From positions 73,720,001-73,784,000 of the forward strand of contig CM052817.1 of assembly GCA_028534125.1 (NCBI GenBank): a stretch of DNA of 64,000 nucleotides. The letters run 5' to 3'. Made by a program: the position numbers and the translations under genes. Positions 13,326 through 26,507 of the stretch are shown here, piece after piece (the stretch's first letter is position 1; each line of letters starts with the position of its first letter). The notes beneath the pieces were generated by a model that had not been told where the DNA came from, searched no databases, and saw only the letters and a program-made list of their open reading frames with translations. The stretch is from Lama glama. Its lineage: Eukaryota.

Positions 13326-16300
13326 TACTCTCAACTAAATAACTTCTTGTTGTTTAAGGACTGGTTAAATTATTTTAACTCTTTATTATCAAAGTAATCT
13401 GTTGTTTGATTAATTTATTCCTACTTTGTCCAAACTGAAGCTATGATTTTTTTCACTATGTATACATTTAGATAGGTACAACTATAGACCTTTTCAGTAG
13501 TTTAATCAGGTTAATAAAGTGAGCCAAACTGGGAAGTGATTTCCTTCTTATACAGTACACATGTTGCATATTCTTAATTTTTTAAATTTATTTTTAAAAA
13601 GGTTTGTTGACATTCAGCTGTGCACCACTGGGTCGGCAATATGGGGGTAAAGAAATGAATGTAAAAATGATTTTCTATATGACATTTAGCGTAATGCAGA
13701 CTTCTTTAGAATTGGAATTTTGCCTTCCACGTAGATCATCACAAATATGGAAAAGACTCTGAAAGCTGTGCACTCTCCCTTGGGACCTGCATGCTTTGGA
13801 GAATGGGGTGAATAAACAGCTTCTCAAAAATTATATGCACATTAGAAAGATGGGCTTTTGCCATCTTACAGATGACAATGAACTTGATAGCGGTTTAACC
13901 AAAGGAACTAGAGACACAAATTGCTTCCAATAAGCAACAAAATTATCATGCTGAAATTCCTGACACCCAGTAATTAGAAAGATTTCCAAAAAATAGAAAC
14001 CCCAAGGGGTTGCACAAACAGAGTTCTTGGGTCTATTATTCCTATAAAATTAAAATACTGTCTTGGGTCAAGAAATGATACTGGGAAGTAATGAATTCCA
14101 ATTCTTATTTTATTCTGAAGTAGATATTGGTATTGCAACACTTATGTACTCAAAAAAAGTGAAATAAAAAATTGAGTTAGCAGCTCAATTTTGATGCATT
14201 TGCTCTAAATTAGTCTTTTTTTTTTGATAATAGTAGAAATGAGTTCAGAATTACATTTAAACAAGTAGAGTCAGGTTGTCACTGTGTGTGGTTGCTAAAC
14301 TGTAATTAAGTGATACTCCCTAGAAAATCAGACTGACAATTACAGATGTACCCCAGACTGTTGTAAACAGAAAGCGCTTCTGTATTTCTATGTGCATCTT
14401 CACAGGACAACACTGGAACCAACAGTGTAAGGATAGAAATATATATCCAAGTTCTTTTAAAATAGTGCTCACATTGTAAGGTGCTGTGAAACTTTCATTG
14501 CAAGATTGTATTTTCTTGTCATTCAGTCTTGAATAACTCAATGTTAGAGAAGCAGTCTCCTTTTCAGTGAATGCAGTGTGTGGGGGTGTGGTCGGCGCCT
14601 CATCTGTGCTGTGTCACGAAGCTGCTTCTGACTGAGTGATGTCTGCGTCAGAGCAGATGGTCTGAAGATGAATAATCAGACCGGTGGGGATAGAAATTTG
14701 GTGCCTACCTCAAGGGGGCAATAGTAAATTAACACTGTAGGATGCCTGGCATAATGAACAATTGACGAAAGATATTTTCACTTGATTGGGTTTGTTTTTT
14801 GCATATCCTGACAGTTCTAAAAGCCTTCAAAGGAGTCTACAGCCTAATTCAGGTCCATTTATCCTGATCCTTAAGTATTGCTGTGGGATGAATTCTAATA
14901 TATCTTTTCCCTCAAATATCTTGTAACACTTTAACACCCTGATTAGTTAGGGAATGAAAAGAGTTTTGTGTAGAGAAGATTTCTTAAAGAAAGAATTAAA
15001 TAAAATATGGTTACAGAATTATATCAAAAGCTCTCTGTTTTTTCTCCCGACCAAAATGTTATGGCAGTAGGTTATTATTCATTTATAAAAACCTACTCTC
15101 TTATGGCCAGTGATGACCCGAAGAGAAATTCCTTTGGAAATATGTGTACGCTACATAAAACTTGTTAAGCTCTTCCATGTTTTGGCCCATATTCATTCAT
15201 GTTGAGTGTAAGATGCTGGCATCTTACATTTTTACAGAGATGTCCAGCTTACTGGAAATTAGGCAAGATATTAGACCTACGATACAGATTGTTTTAAAAA
15301 TATCTTTTTCATTATTTTACACACGATTAATACCGGTTGGAGATCTCAAAGCAATAATAGAGAACTGTTTAGAATTCAGTCCTCTATAGATGTGGTGTGT
15401 GCTACTAAGTTTCTATTGTGAATCTCTTAGGTGTTCATTATTTTTATTGCTGGCATGTTAAATGCACATTTCCATGTAACTTTAGCTATTGAAAATATTA
15501 GGGAATATTATGGAGACACTAAAATTGTCAGTTTAGGATTTGTAGAATATTTTGCCTGTCTTTGCATTGTCAACCTTTTGAACGTAAAAAAAGTAAGCAG
15601 ACCTTTTCAAATGTATCAGTTCAAGTGGTAGTGTTAGGGATTGTATATGGCATTAAAGCATGATGTTACAAGATATTTCTACACCAAGAGGAACCAGCAA
15701 CGCAAGTGGGATATCATAATCTCCTAATCATATGCCATTTTCTCAAAGTATGATAAGCTCTTTAGGAAGAAGTTTTAACTCTTGATAAATAGTTTAATAT
15801 TTAAAGCAATCATTAAGATGATCACCTAACTGAAGCAGTAATGTCTTAAATCTGTTCATATAACTGAAGCCTCCCAAAGAGTAATTTATCCCTCGAAACA
15901 ATTGGAAGCGTGCAATTGTAGTGCTCTTCCATTCATATTTTTAAGACCTACAGCTACAGCAAAATGTTTCCTGTATTATCCTGATTTGCTTAGATTCGTA
16001 AGTGTTGTGGAGGAACCACACATATTTCCATCTACAAACTTACTATTTTCCCATTTAAATTCAGAAGCATTTCACATGTTGTCTGTGTGATGGAATTTCA
16101 GAGTTCTGTGGGAAATGCCTAGAATACAAATAATCAAAACCTATTGATTTTCTGCCTTAGAAGTTGCTTAAAATTTCAATTCACCATAATGTTCACTAGG
16201 AAACAGAATTATAAGCACTTAAAGTTTTTACCTATCTTTGTAAAAATTTCCATTTTAGTGAACGTTTCAATGTGTCTTACTGTAATGACATCCTAGTAGT

Positions 16301-17229
16301 GAGCCTGGTTATAGAAACATTTTATGAAACCAAACTCATGTCAGCAAAACAAAATTACTTTTCAAGTCAAACTTTTACTGTCTCATAAAATACTGACTGG
16401 GAAATTCGTATTCCTTCTGTTCAATGATTCCTTTTAAGGGAATATATATACATACTCAAAAATTTAAAAATCACATAGGGATTAGAAGTCTAAAATAGTT
16501 ACCAAATGTACATCACAACAGTCATTTCTGATTTAGGGGTTTCGTTCCCACTAGTTTTGTGTTTTTGCAGCATTTCTAATTTATTGAGGAAGGATATTGT
16601 CACATTATTAATATTTTGATTCAGTTTTCAGAACAGTGAGTGACACAGAAAGTGAGTGTACAGAAAATTTTTTAAGGTATAAAACTGTCTCTGACTATTT
16701 ACTTCTGTTTATCCTAGAAAAATTAACAACTGAAATCTCTGAACCAGATCTGGTCTTTTTGGATTTGTGGTAAACATTTTCGAAGACCAGTGGAGTACAA
16801 TTTGTATTACTGTATGCAAAGATAAGAAAAGTGGAATAACTTTCACTAAAGCTAAATGAAGAGTATAATTCATGATGATCAAATAGAATTGTGTAATTTT
16901 TAGAATTACAAAGCCTCGGTGGATGTCAGAGCAACTCATAAAAAGATGCTCTAGAATTTGACTTAGAAACCTCCTTCTGAGGTCAGGAACAAAACTGTGT
17001 GAACTTAGCAGTCTGCATTGTCTCTTAGCCTGTGTAGTGCCTTAAATAAATGCAAATACAATTTTCATTAAAAGTCTTGCGCAATGTGAATAGTCTGCAT
17101 CAGAAAAATTGCCTCCACTGTAAGAAAAAGATACTGCTTTTGAATACTAATTTTTTCATCTGTTTACTCGTCAGTGGTTTTGTCGCCATGGTGTAAGTTA
17201 GGAACAACTTGTGTTTCAGTGTCAGCATC

Positions 17230-17600
17230 TTTTTAAAGTAAATATTTCATTTGATTATAATATTCATACAGAAAATGCATAAATTATAATGTTTATCTTG
17301 ATATTTCTCACAAAGTTTGCATACCCATTTAACAACACCCAGAATTAGAAACTAGAAGTACAGTATTACCAGCAACCGAAGCCCCTTTCTACCCCCTTCC
17401 AGAAACTACTATTCCAACTTCGAACAGTTGAGATTGGTTTTGTCAGTTTTTGAACTTTAATAAATGGAATCATAAAGGTGTCCTTTTTGGGGTCTGCCTT
17501 AATTTTCTTCGCATTATTTTTGTGAGATCTGTTGGTGTTGCATGTGGGTAAGGTTCATTCACTTCTCTTCCCACTGCTACATAATCTTCCAATTCTACTC
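17230..17600 (-). mobile_element. Ancient L1M 3' end
   Basis: CATACAGAAAATGCATAAAT...TTTTTGAACTTTAATAAATGGAATCATA, typical of old L1M 3' UTRs in reverse. Confidence 0.6.
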
Positions 17601-19197
17601 TCTTGACATATAAGAATTGTACAAGGGATTCATTAATCTCGACATGGTATTGCAAAATACTCTAAATGCTTTGAAAGGGGTGGAATTGGTATGCTAGAGG
17701 CAGTGCTTACTTTTCACGGATGATAATCTTAGGGAAAACTTGGATAATGAAATAACTCATCTACTGTGCTAGTGAAAATCAATGTCAGAAATATGATACT
17801 AAGTTAAGGGGGGGAAACATTGTCCATATAAAAATGTAATTTCAAATGATCTCACACAACAAAAAGAAAATATTCAAGTAGAGTTTATCTGTTTAAAGTT
17901 AGATATTGTTCTGATACCAATTCTCAATTGTATGTGTTAATCATTAATTACCTTAAATAACATTTTAAAAGTAAAAATAGGAACACCTATACCTAAACCA
18001 ATTTTTTTTAAAACATAGGTCACTGAAGTAAGAACAAGCTTCAGGGAAGTTAAAAATATAAACTCTCTCTGCAGATTAGAGCTCTTTCGGCATTTCTCAT
18101 TTAGTAGAATGAAATGACACTAAAAATGTAGCTTAATTAGCGTGTTTGAGCTATAGTGTACAAACTTATGATTTGTAGAAATTTTTGTTGTTTGTGGCAG
18201 CTGAATAGAAATTATTGAGTAGAAGTTTGTAGTGTAAAGTGTTTTGCTTGTGATTTACATGTTCTAACTAACTGCAAGAAGGCAACTTGTGGGATTCTTC
18301 CTAAAAAATGTCAGTACATCTAGTGTGCAGTTCTCAATTGCCCCCCAGTTTTTGGTTTATGACAAGATAGTGATAGGAATTTGAGTTACTGAAAGAACTA
18401 AAACATTTAAACAATCCAGCAGTCCCTATACAAAAGTAAGATTGTTTAAGTAAAAGCATTCATATATCACAAAGAGGGTGCTTTGTAAAATCATCATTGG
18501 AGACAGATCATACCCAGTTCTGGCTTTTCTGTCTTTTTGCTCCTGCACACAGCAGCGTATTTTCAAATACTCTGGTCCTCTGGCAGCAGCCTTTTTATCT
18601 AAAGAAATTCATGTGTGTGCAGCTATACTTTGCTTTGCTGTTGTTGTCTTGCCTTTATCATTTACAAGAGAAACCACAGTTATATAGCAAATTCAGTAAG
18701 TGTCCTCTGTGCCTGCCATTGGGCTAAGCACCTTCAAATAGTATTTAATTCTTCCAACAACTCCATGAAGTATATTTTTTGATAAGGAAATTGAGACCCA
18801 CAAAAACTCAAGATCATACAACTCGTGATTTATTGAACATGGGTTCAACTTATCCAACCTTCCTAGGAAACGATCGAAAGAATTGTAGCAATGTCGCTTA
18901 TTTCGTGATATTCATATTAAAGATTTTCCCCTCAAGTTATTTTAGTACATTTTATTTATTTTGTATTGCTATAAAAATGTGGGTTTCACGGTAGGCAGGT
19001 AAATGACCCTGTTTCTGCAAAGGAATAACTGCATCCTAAGGAAATAAACAAATTCCTTAAATTCCACAAAGAACATGTGCTTTCCTATGGTTAATCAGGC
19101 AGCAAATATTTGTGGAGGGTACAGGATAAGCCAGAGACTATGAGGGGAGGTGCCCTGCATCACCCTGGAAGAGTCAAAGCGGCTGGCTGAGTCACAT

Positions 19198-20180
19198 GAG
19201 TGCTTCTCAAACTTGAGTAAGGTATTCATCTCTTTTAAAGTGTGAAAAAAAACTTGGGAGTCTGGTGTTGTTATTCTTATTATGGTGTTAATTTAAATGT
19301 CATACTAAAACTCCTTAAAATCTTAGATCATTACTAAAAAAGAAAGTAATTTTATCAATTAAGCAGAAACAGAACTACAAAACTAGTATTATTCAAATAA
19401 ATGACACCGACAGAATGGACAGAATTGCCTAAAACTAAATCACAAGTATTGGGTTTAATAGTAAAAAGATTTAACCTCAGATTTCTAGAATTTAGTATAT
19501 TCCTGAATTTGACTTCAATGAAAATAATATAGAGAATGCATGTGACTGTTATTCATACATTTAAGTTTTGTTTCCCACTTAAGAATAGCAAAACTTAAAG
19601 CTATCAGAGAATTTTACTAATGCCAATTTTAATGGGATGCCATTTGATGATCATTGAAAGCTCTCTTCTTTTACTTGGTGTGGTAGAGAAGCGTACCTAA
19701 TCTAGTAAAAGCTGCAGTTGGGAACTGAAAAACATTTAACTCTGAATTTTCTATTACACTCACCGCTAAATGGTGGAGGCAAGTTGGACCATACAGAGAT
19801 AGCATCTGAGCCTGCTGTTTATTTGCATCATTAATGCACTGCTGAGTGCTGTGCTCAAGTTCTTTTGGTACATCCTGCCACGTATGAGGACTAGATTCTC
19901 TGATCAGTCTCTGTCACGTGGCAAAACATTTTGCATATCATGCATCTGTCTCCGTTCCGTCTCTAATTCACCTGTTACGCACTGAATTAAGAACACAGAG
20001 GCGTATACAACCCATATATGGTTGTACTCAGTTAAGGGTGGCCATCTAGGTGACCTGGAGCATGCTTATACTTTCCTTATTAGGTTATTATTGAACTGTA
20101 AATATAGAAGTTTTACAAAATCTTGGCACAAACTCACAGACCCCTTTGTGCCCGCCCCTGGACCCTATGGTGAAGCACTC
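19198..20180. mobile_element. Probable hAT-Charlie non-autonomous DNA transposon (~1 kb)
   Basis: Inverted termini GAGTGCTTC (19198-19206) and GAAGCACTC (20172-20180); Charlie-like subterminal GACCCC motifs. TSD not recognisable. Confidence 0.5.
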
Positions 20181-21914
20181 CTTTAGGACATAATATGGCT
20201 CTGTGAATGCACATTCCTCCTTGCCTTTCATGTCCACCCTGCTGGGTGCTGAGAAAGTATTGTTTTTCTAACATTCCAACCAAAAAACATACAGAACTGT
20301 GTCAAGAAGAATTTAGGAGGAAATTTTTCTTTCTTGGCTTGAGATGCCACACTTGGGTTGTAAAGGGGACAAGTTGTAATGACATCCATCTGTTGCAGAT
20401 TAAACTAAGTGTGGCTCAGCCTTTGAATACCTTGTCCAGCATCAGACTTTATAGGCATCAGTACAATTGGTTTTGGGATTGAGAGCTGTAGGGACATAAA
20501 GCAGAAAAGCAGAAAGAGATTAGTCTATTTCCCTGAGACTTTTCCCCCAAAGGAGTTGCTATTGCCTCATTTTCTCTTTATTGTGCTTTTATGTGTGAAA
20601 TCTGATTGAGCTAGGAGACGACAGTCTATTTTGAAAGCATACTTCCCCCCTACTTAATTTTAATTTTAAAGTTCTTACGTTTTTTCATACTCGGAGGGAA
20701 ACATCGCATGGTAAAAATTGCTGCATCTCTCACCATGAGTCCCGGAATCCTCTTTCATCTCTCTGTTGATTGAAGGTAACCAGACTGACTGCTGTTTATC
20801 CTAAGCTCTTGTGCCAAGAGCTTTAATCACAGATTGACCTCTTTGCAGCAAAGAGTTTGCTTGTGTTCATGTGGAAGTAGGAGAAAGAGATATATTTCCA
20901 TGTTGGTCTATACTTTTAAACTTCCATAATGTTAATATCTACCCAGAAATTTTGAAGTCTTTTTAATTTTGTTCTTGAAACCTGTGTCCTGGAACCATTT
21001 TATTATAACACACTTATTTGCATTTACATTTGCAAAATGCATTTATAACTCACTTTCTCACTTTGGGGAAACTGAATCCCTTAATGTGGTTCTAGAAGAA
21101 ACCAACTGATAGCAAAATCTACCGTGAGTCAACTGTTGAGGAGGTCCCTGGCAGGATGACTCAGATGTTACATTTCCACTGGCTCTAGCCTCTCCGAAAC
21201 AGTAGGAACAATTTTTGCTAAAATTCCAGGGATTGGCTGTAAGTCTTTGACTTGCATCTACTTTTCAGGAGTTTGATTCAGGAAAGAGAAAACTCGTTAT
21301 GAAAGCTTGCTATTATGTAACAGCAAAAGCAGTCCTCAACGTCATGCTAGGCCCTAGAGAAGGTTTTAAGAGGGTCTCTTGGGTACCCCTCAGTGACGCC
21401 TGAAGCCCCTTCAGACTGACAACTGCCCCCCTTAAGCTTCCAAAGGATGTCTCCAAGGTGTTTCTGCATCCCTTCAGGGTCAGGTACTCCCTTCTGTCTC
21501 TGTTCATGGCCTTCTTTTTTTCCACAGGAGTAACAGGGCACCCTGACCTCGGTTCGTGCATTTTATCATGTTTGGCATGTCAAGGTAGATAGTCAGCCGG
21601 CTTTTTAGCGCAGTGTGTACTTTACTACCTCCTTCCTTATTCCCAAATGAATATGGTTCTAAGTAATTTGTCTCAAGTCAGCTCTTCATTTTTCTAGGTG
21701 CATAGATGGCTGATAGATTTGATATCAGCCAAGCATTCTCTTTCCAGCTAAGGCAGTCTATTTAGCAAGTGCCACGATTTACAGAGCGAGTATGTAGACC
21801 AAGGGCATGCCGAGGTTATCACAAACGAAATAAACATAGAGCTCATGAGTTAGGTTTCTGTAGGAACATCTGCTTTGATACTCGGCAGGGGTGAGGCAGA
21901 ACACCAAAGACTAG

Positions 21915-22125
21915 CTTTGAGGCTGATAAACATGAGTTCAATCTTGGATCTTCCACTGAAAAATTGTGACCTTGGAAATTTTCTAAACTTCCTTCCTCAC
22001 TTAGTAAATGAGCAGTGTAATAGTTCCTTCCTCCTGGTATTATTGTATTAATGATATAGTGCATGTGACTTCTTAGCTCTGTGCCTGCCCTACAGTAAAC
22101 ACTCAAATGTTACCTATAATTATTA
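21915..22125 (+). mobile_element. MIR SINE
   Basis: GAGTTCAATCTTGGATCTTCCACT...TGTGACCTTGG...TGTGCCTG...AGTAAACACTCAAATGTTA. Confidence 0.6.
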
Positions 22126-23923
22126 AGCCTCCTGTACAAGTGGTACTTTCTAGGCGTTATCATATAATATATAGCGCATGGATTTATTTTTTTAACTACA
22201 TATGGAAAAGAATATTGTCATACTTTCTGTGACCTAATATTATTTCATTGTTGTTTTGTAGTAAATAATGTTTCTTGTGGGATATTGACATAACATAATA
22301 CATTGTATTACATTTCACTTTTGAGTGATGTGGCAAGAAACCAGAGGGCAGAAAATCTTCCTGAAATTTAGAATTTGCTGCAAACTGCAAAATCCTTTCT
22401 TAGAATAGGCATTTTGCACTGAGTCACAATTCGGTCGCTGCAGCTTTGCAGATACACTGGGGGCACCCTGCCATGGGCACAGCTTTCAGGAAGGATGAAG
22501 CGTGAGGCACAATGCGGGGAGGAGGAACAGTACAGTGTTAGTCATGCCGTGATACATTTCTGAAGACTCAGAGCACCAATTCCAGATGTGTAGAGTTCAG
22601 TCGTACTTGACAACTCCTTGTAAATTATCTATCTGATTTGTAAATATATAAGCCTTTGTGGTATTTGGGTTAAATGTGAGGGGATTTCATCCTTGGGTTT
22701 TCAGTCTTCCCCTGTGTAAATCATTTTAACAGTATGTGAATGAGTCCGTATTTGAGATTCCTGGAGAAAACGCTTCCACTGCTATCTCTGGACATCATCA
22801 CCAGTCATGATAAATGGGTCTGACAGCGTGTGCCAACGGCCCTTTCCAAGCACATTCTTCGAGGGAGGGAGGCAGGCAGGGGAGCCGACCGAGAACACTG
22901 GATTCAGAGCCGTCCCACCTGCGGCGTCTCACTTCCTCGTAGTTTTCTCTTTAGTCAGATGTTACACTACAAAAAGAGCTATAAAGTGATGCCAGTGTCT
23001 TGGAAGCTAGCAAAAGTTCATCATCGTGATTGTGTTAAAGTTCGAAAGGCAGGCTTTGTCAGTGAGACAAAGAGGCAGGGTGAATGTGGCTACACCTCTG
23101 GAGGACCCTTTCCAGGACTTTTCTGGTGGGTGTGAAATTCAGCTGATTCACCCAGGATCAGATTTTGAGAGGAGTAAAGGCAAGATGAGGACTTAAAAAA
23201 CAGTCTCCATCCAGAGTGATCATCTTTACCCAGAGATTTGAGTCTGGTATTATGTCAGCTGGTTTAAATTTAATCTTGTTTTTCCAAAATCACCGGGATC
23301 ACAAAATTTGCATCGGGCCAGTCCACACCTGCCAACTAGTGCTGTCCGCTTTCCTCAAAGCATCCTCGGAGCTTTCTGTTATTCCTTTATAATGAGGACA
23401 GATGACTGCCAAGTTACCCATGCTCAGTGTTCTCCCTCAGATACATCCAAAAACCAAACAGTAAAGGAAGAGAAAGAAGAAACCCAGTGCCTTTCATTTC
23501 TTATAGTTTTGTTTTCTTTTTTATTTCCCTTTCGTCTTACTAGGCTCGGTATAAAGTCACTAGCTTCCTGAAGCTAAAATGAATGGGAAACAGTGGATTT
23601 GAGGGTCATGTAAATTCATCTTCAACTGTGGGTAAAGATTTAGAATACAGCATAACAATTATTTTTTATTATAATGGTTCTTTTGCACTCTTTAATAAGC
23701 ATGTATTTCCCACCGACTTTAATGTCCTTGAACAACTCTCTAGGAATACTGTGAAGTTGCTACCTTGTACTGTGAGTTATTAGTCAGTGTTTTAAATTCA
23801 AGATTGAAATCTTTTGCAACTAAAGCTTTTCTGATGTGTAGTGTAAACATTCTTGTCTTTCTACCTTTGATATGTTTTTATTTTATCAATAATTCACGAA
23901 AGGTCTTTCTTTCCCCCTCACAG

Positions 23924-24025
23924 TCTGACAGCAATGCAAGCTTTCTCCGCGCTGCCAGAGCCGGCAACCTAGACAAAGTAGTGGAATACCTGAAGGGGGG
24001 CATAGACATCAATACCTGCAACCAG
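23924..24025 (+). CDS. ANK2: Ankyrin-2 (ankyrin-B) coding exon, equivalent to human exon 2 (102 bp, phase 0/0)
   Basis: Translates [34 protein letters not shown], the ANK2 N-terminal ankyrin repeat. Pyrimidine tract plus CAG acceptor at 23921-23923; CAG|GTAAGA donor at 24026. Confidence 0.97.
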
Positions 24026-24478
24026 GTAAGAACACGGCAGCTGGCTCTGCATTACACACTGAAGACACACTTAGTATCAATACATATATTCCAAGAGTCC
24101 AAGATTTTTTTTGTCCTTCTGAAATTCACGAAAATAGCATCAACTCAGAATGGTGAAAGTCCATTTTTGCTCCCTTACCAACTTTTGAAGCCTCAAAGAC
24201 ATTTGTATCTAGAGCTAATAATGCTGGCAAAGTAGACAGATCAACAATAATTGAACATCAATTTTGTCAGTGAAATGATCTGGGTTGCCCTTAGCTGAAA
24301 TGTTGATCAAGATTGATGTTTTACTTCTCATTTATCATCAACCGGTTATCCAGACTCTGGCTTCTTTTCTTGTCTGCCCTATGTCTTTTACTCAGGGGTA
24401 ACTAACTGTTACAGTTTGGGATATAGAAATAAGAGGATAAAATCGAAATGATTCCTCCTTTACCCCCAATTAGGTTTA

Positions 24479-25063
24479 TTTATTTATTGTTTTAATTTTT
24501 TAATTTTTGTTTTTTAGTTGACATAGAGTCAGTTTACAATGTTGTGTCAATTTCTGATGTACAGCATAATGTTTCAGTCATACATATACATACATATATT
24601 CCTTTCATATTCTTTTTCATTGTAGGTTACTATAAGATATTGAATATAGTTCCCTGTGGTGTACAGTATAAACTTGCTATTTATCTATTTCATATATAGT
24701 AGTTAGTATCTGCAAATCTTGAACTCCCAATTTATCCCTTCCCACCCCCTTTCACCAAAACCCTGGTAACTGTAAGTTTGTTTTCTATGTCTGTATGTTT
24801 CTGTTTTGTAAATAAGTTCATTTGTGTCTCTCTTTTTTAAAGATTCCACATATAAATGATATCATATGGTGTTTTTCTTTCTCTTTCTGGCTTACTTCAT
24901 TTAGAATGATGATCTCTAGGTCCATCTATGTTGCTGCAAATGGCATTATTTTATTATTTTTTATGGCTGAGTAGTACTCCATTGTATAAGTTTACCACTT
25001 CTTTATCCAGTCATCTGTCGTTGGACATTTAGGTTGTTTCCATGTCTTGGCTAATGTAAATAG
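24479..25063 (-). mobile_element. 5'-truncated LINE-1 3' end
   Basis: Colinear with the L1 at 2354-3317. TSD ccaattagKttta at 24466-24478 and 25064-25076. Confidence 0.92.
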
Positions 25064-25307
25064 CCAATTAGTTTTAAAATATGGATTTGAATGAGAAGAG
25101 GTTGAAATTGTTGGCTTAAGTTAAGTGTTTGGATTATTTATTAATCACATCTATTTTATAAAGACTTTAGACTTTGGATATTATTTGGTCCCAGGACTGT
25201 TGAGATTTTTGCGCTACTTTTAACTGATGTTAATGCCATGAGTTGTATCCAGTGGATTTAGTGGATTCCATTTTTTCACTGTAGTGTGCTAAATGTTGCT
25301 TGTGCAC

Positions 25308-25308
<1 letters not shown>

Positions 25309-25336
<28 letters not shown>
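25309..25336. repeat. (TG)n microsatellite
   Basis: Directly visible. Confidence 0.9.
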
Positions 25337-25340
<4 letters not shown>

Positions 25341-25874
25341 TGACAGAGCTGACTGGGAAGTGAATAATTCCAGAGAGTTTTATGTTAAGAAGCAAAAAAT
25401 TTTATTGTTGGATTCTAAATCATCTACAGAATGCCTCTTTCTATCCTGATACATATTGAGCCCAGTTATGTTCACTCTGTAGTCCCCTGAAATTAGTAAG
25501 TCTTTCAAATACAACTTTTCAAAAGCTGAACCTGAAATTTTCTCATACTCAAACTCACTCTTGTCTTAAATTCCTGCCTGCTGATTTCCTCACCTATATG
25601 TCAGTTCCAATAGTACCCCTCCTCCTTTATCTCACTCCAGTCCAGCCTTTCTTTCTTGGTCCATCATCCGCATTCAAATTTGCATTAATTCAAATCTTGA
25701 CATGGTCATTTACCATAGTGGCCATAACAGCTGCCTTTATTACGTTCTGTCTTCATCTTGTCCATTCTGGTCAACCTCCACACTATGTCTGGGTCATCTT
25801 TCTAAAAGAAAAATTTGGTTATGGCACTCCCCCCTACCTTCAACTATCTTTGGCCACCAATGCTTAGTTCATTG

Positions 25875-26507
25875 AGGTAGGTGTATCAAAATGACCTGGA
25901 GGCTTTTGCAAAGGGTGCAGGATTTCCTTCGCTTCTCTTGAGAGTTGCCAGCATAGGAAGCATTGTCATGATGGCAATATTTCTCTCCTTTAGAGGAGCA
26001 CATCTCTTGGCAGCAACAATACTGAGAGTGGCTTGCTGTTGGGAATATCAATCTGCTGTCACCCTGAGCATCCCTACATATTCTTTTGGGTGTGGCAAGA
26101 ATGAAAGACCCTGAATGCTCCTTATCTGGTGACCACTTCTCAGGGTGGTGCTACCAGTGAGCAACCTTGAGAGATCAAGTAACTTTTTCTCCAGATAAAA
26201 AGTAGAAAAAATTTTTTCTTATTTTAAAAGCTACAAATCCCCCAAGGTTAGTGTTCTTTAACATAACCCACGACACAGGCATCCATTGCTGATCCTATGT
26301 GTCGCTTCCATGGGATTGGGAAGAGGGCATAGGGAACTGGTGCAAGTAACATATTGACACTCAGCTGCTGCTTTTGCTGTGAACTAGAAAGTCCGTTGTC
26401 TTTGATCCAGGAGACTCATGTCTTCTACCAGCATCATGCTACAGTAGCCGTTTAGCTTTTTAGCTTGTAGGTAAGATAAAAATACCAGACCTTGTATGAG
26501 CTTGACA
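25875..26507 (+). mobile_element. Old ERVL-class solo LTR (MER54/MER73/MER74-like) inserted in an L2
   Basis: 3' end TAGCTTGTAGGTAAGATAAAAATACCAGACC...CTTGACA resembles this LTR group (recalled consensus). L2-like sequence lies on both sides. 5' boundary approximate. Confidence 0.6.

Noticed and set aside
23765..24235. 156-aa ORF as a standalone gene
   Set aside because: Only the 34-codon ANK2 exon is real; the rest is intronic read-through.
24462..24490. Resemblance to the Vic-1 SINE tail (AATAAATAAACCTAATT on the minus strand)
   Set aside because: Explained by the L1 TSD plus a poly(A)-derived (TTTA)n; no SINE head is present.
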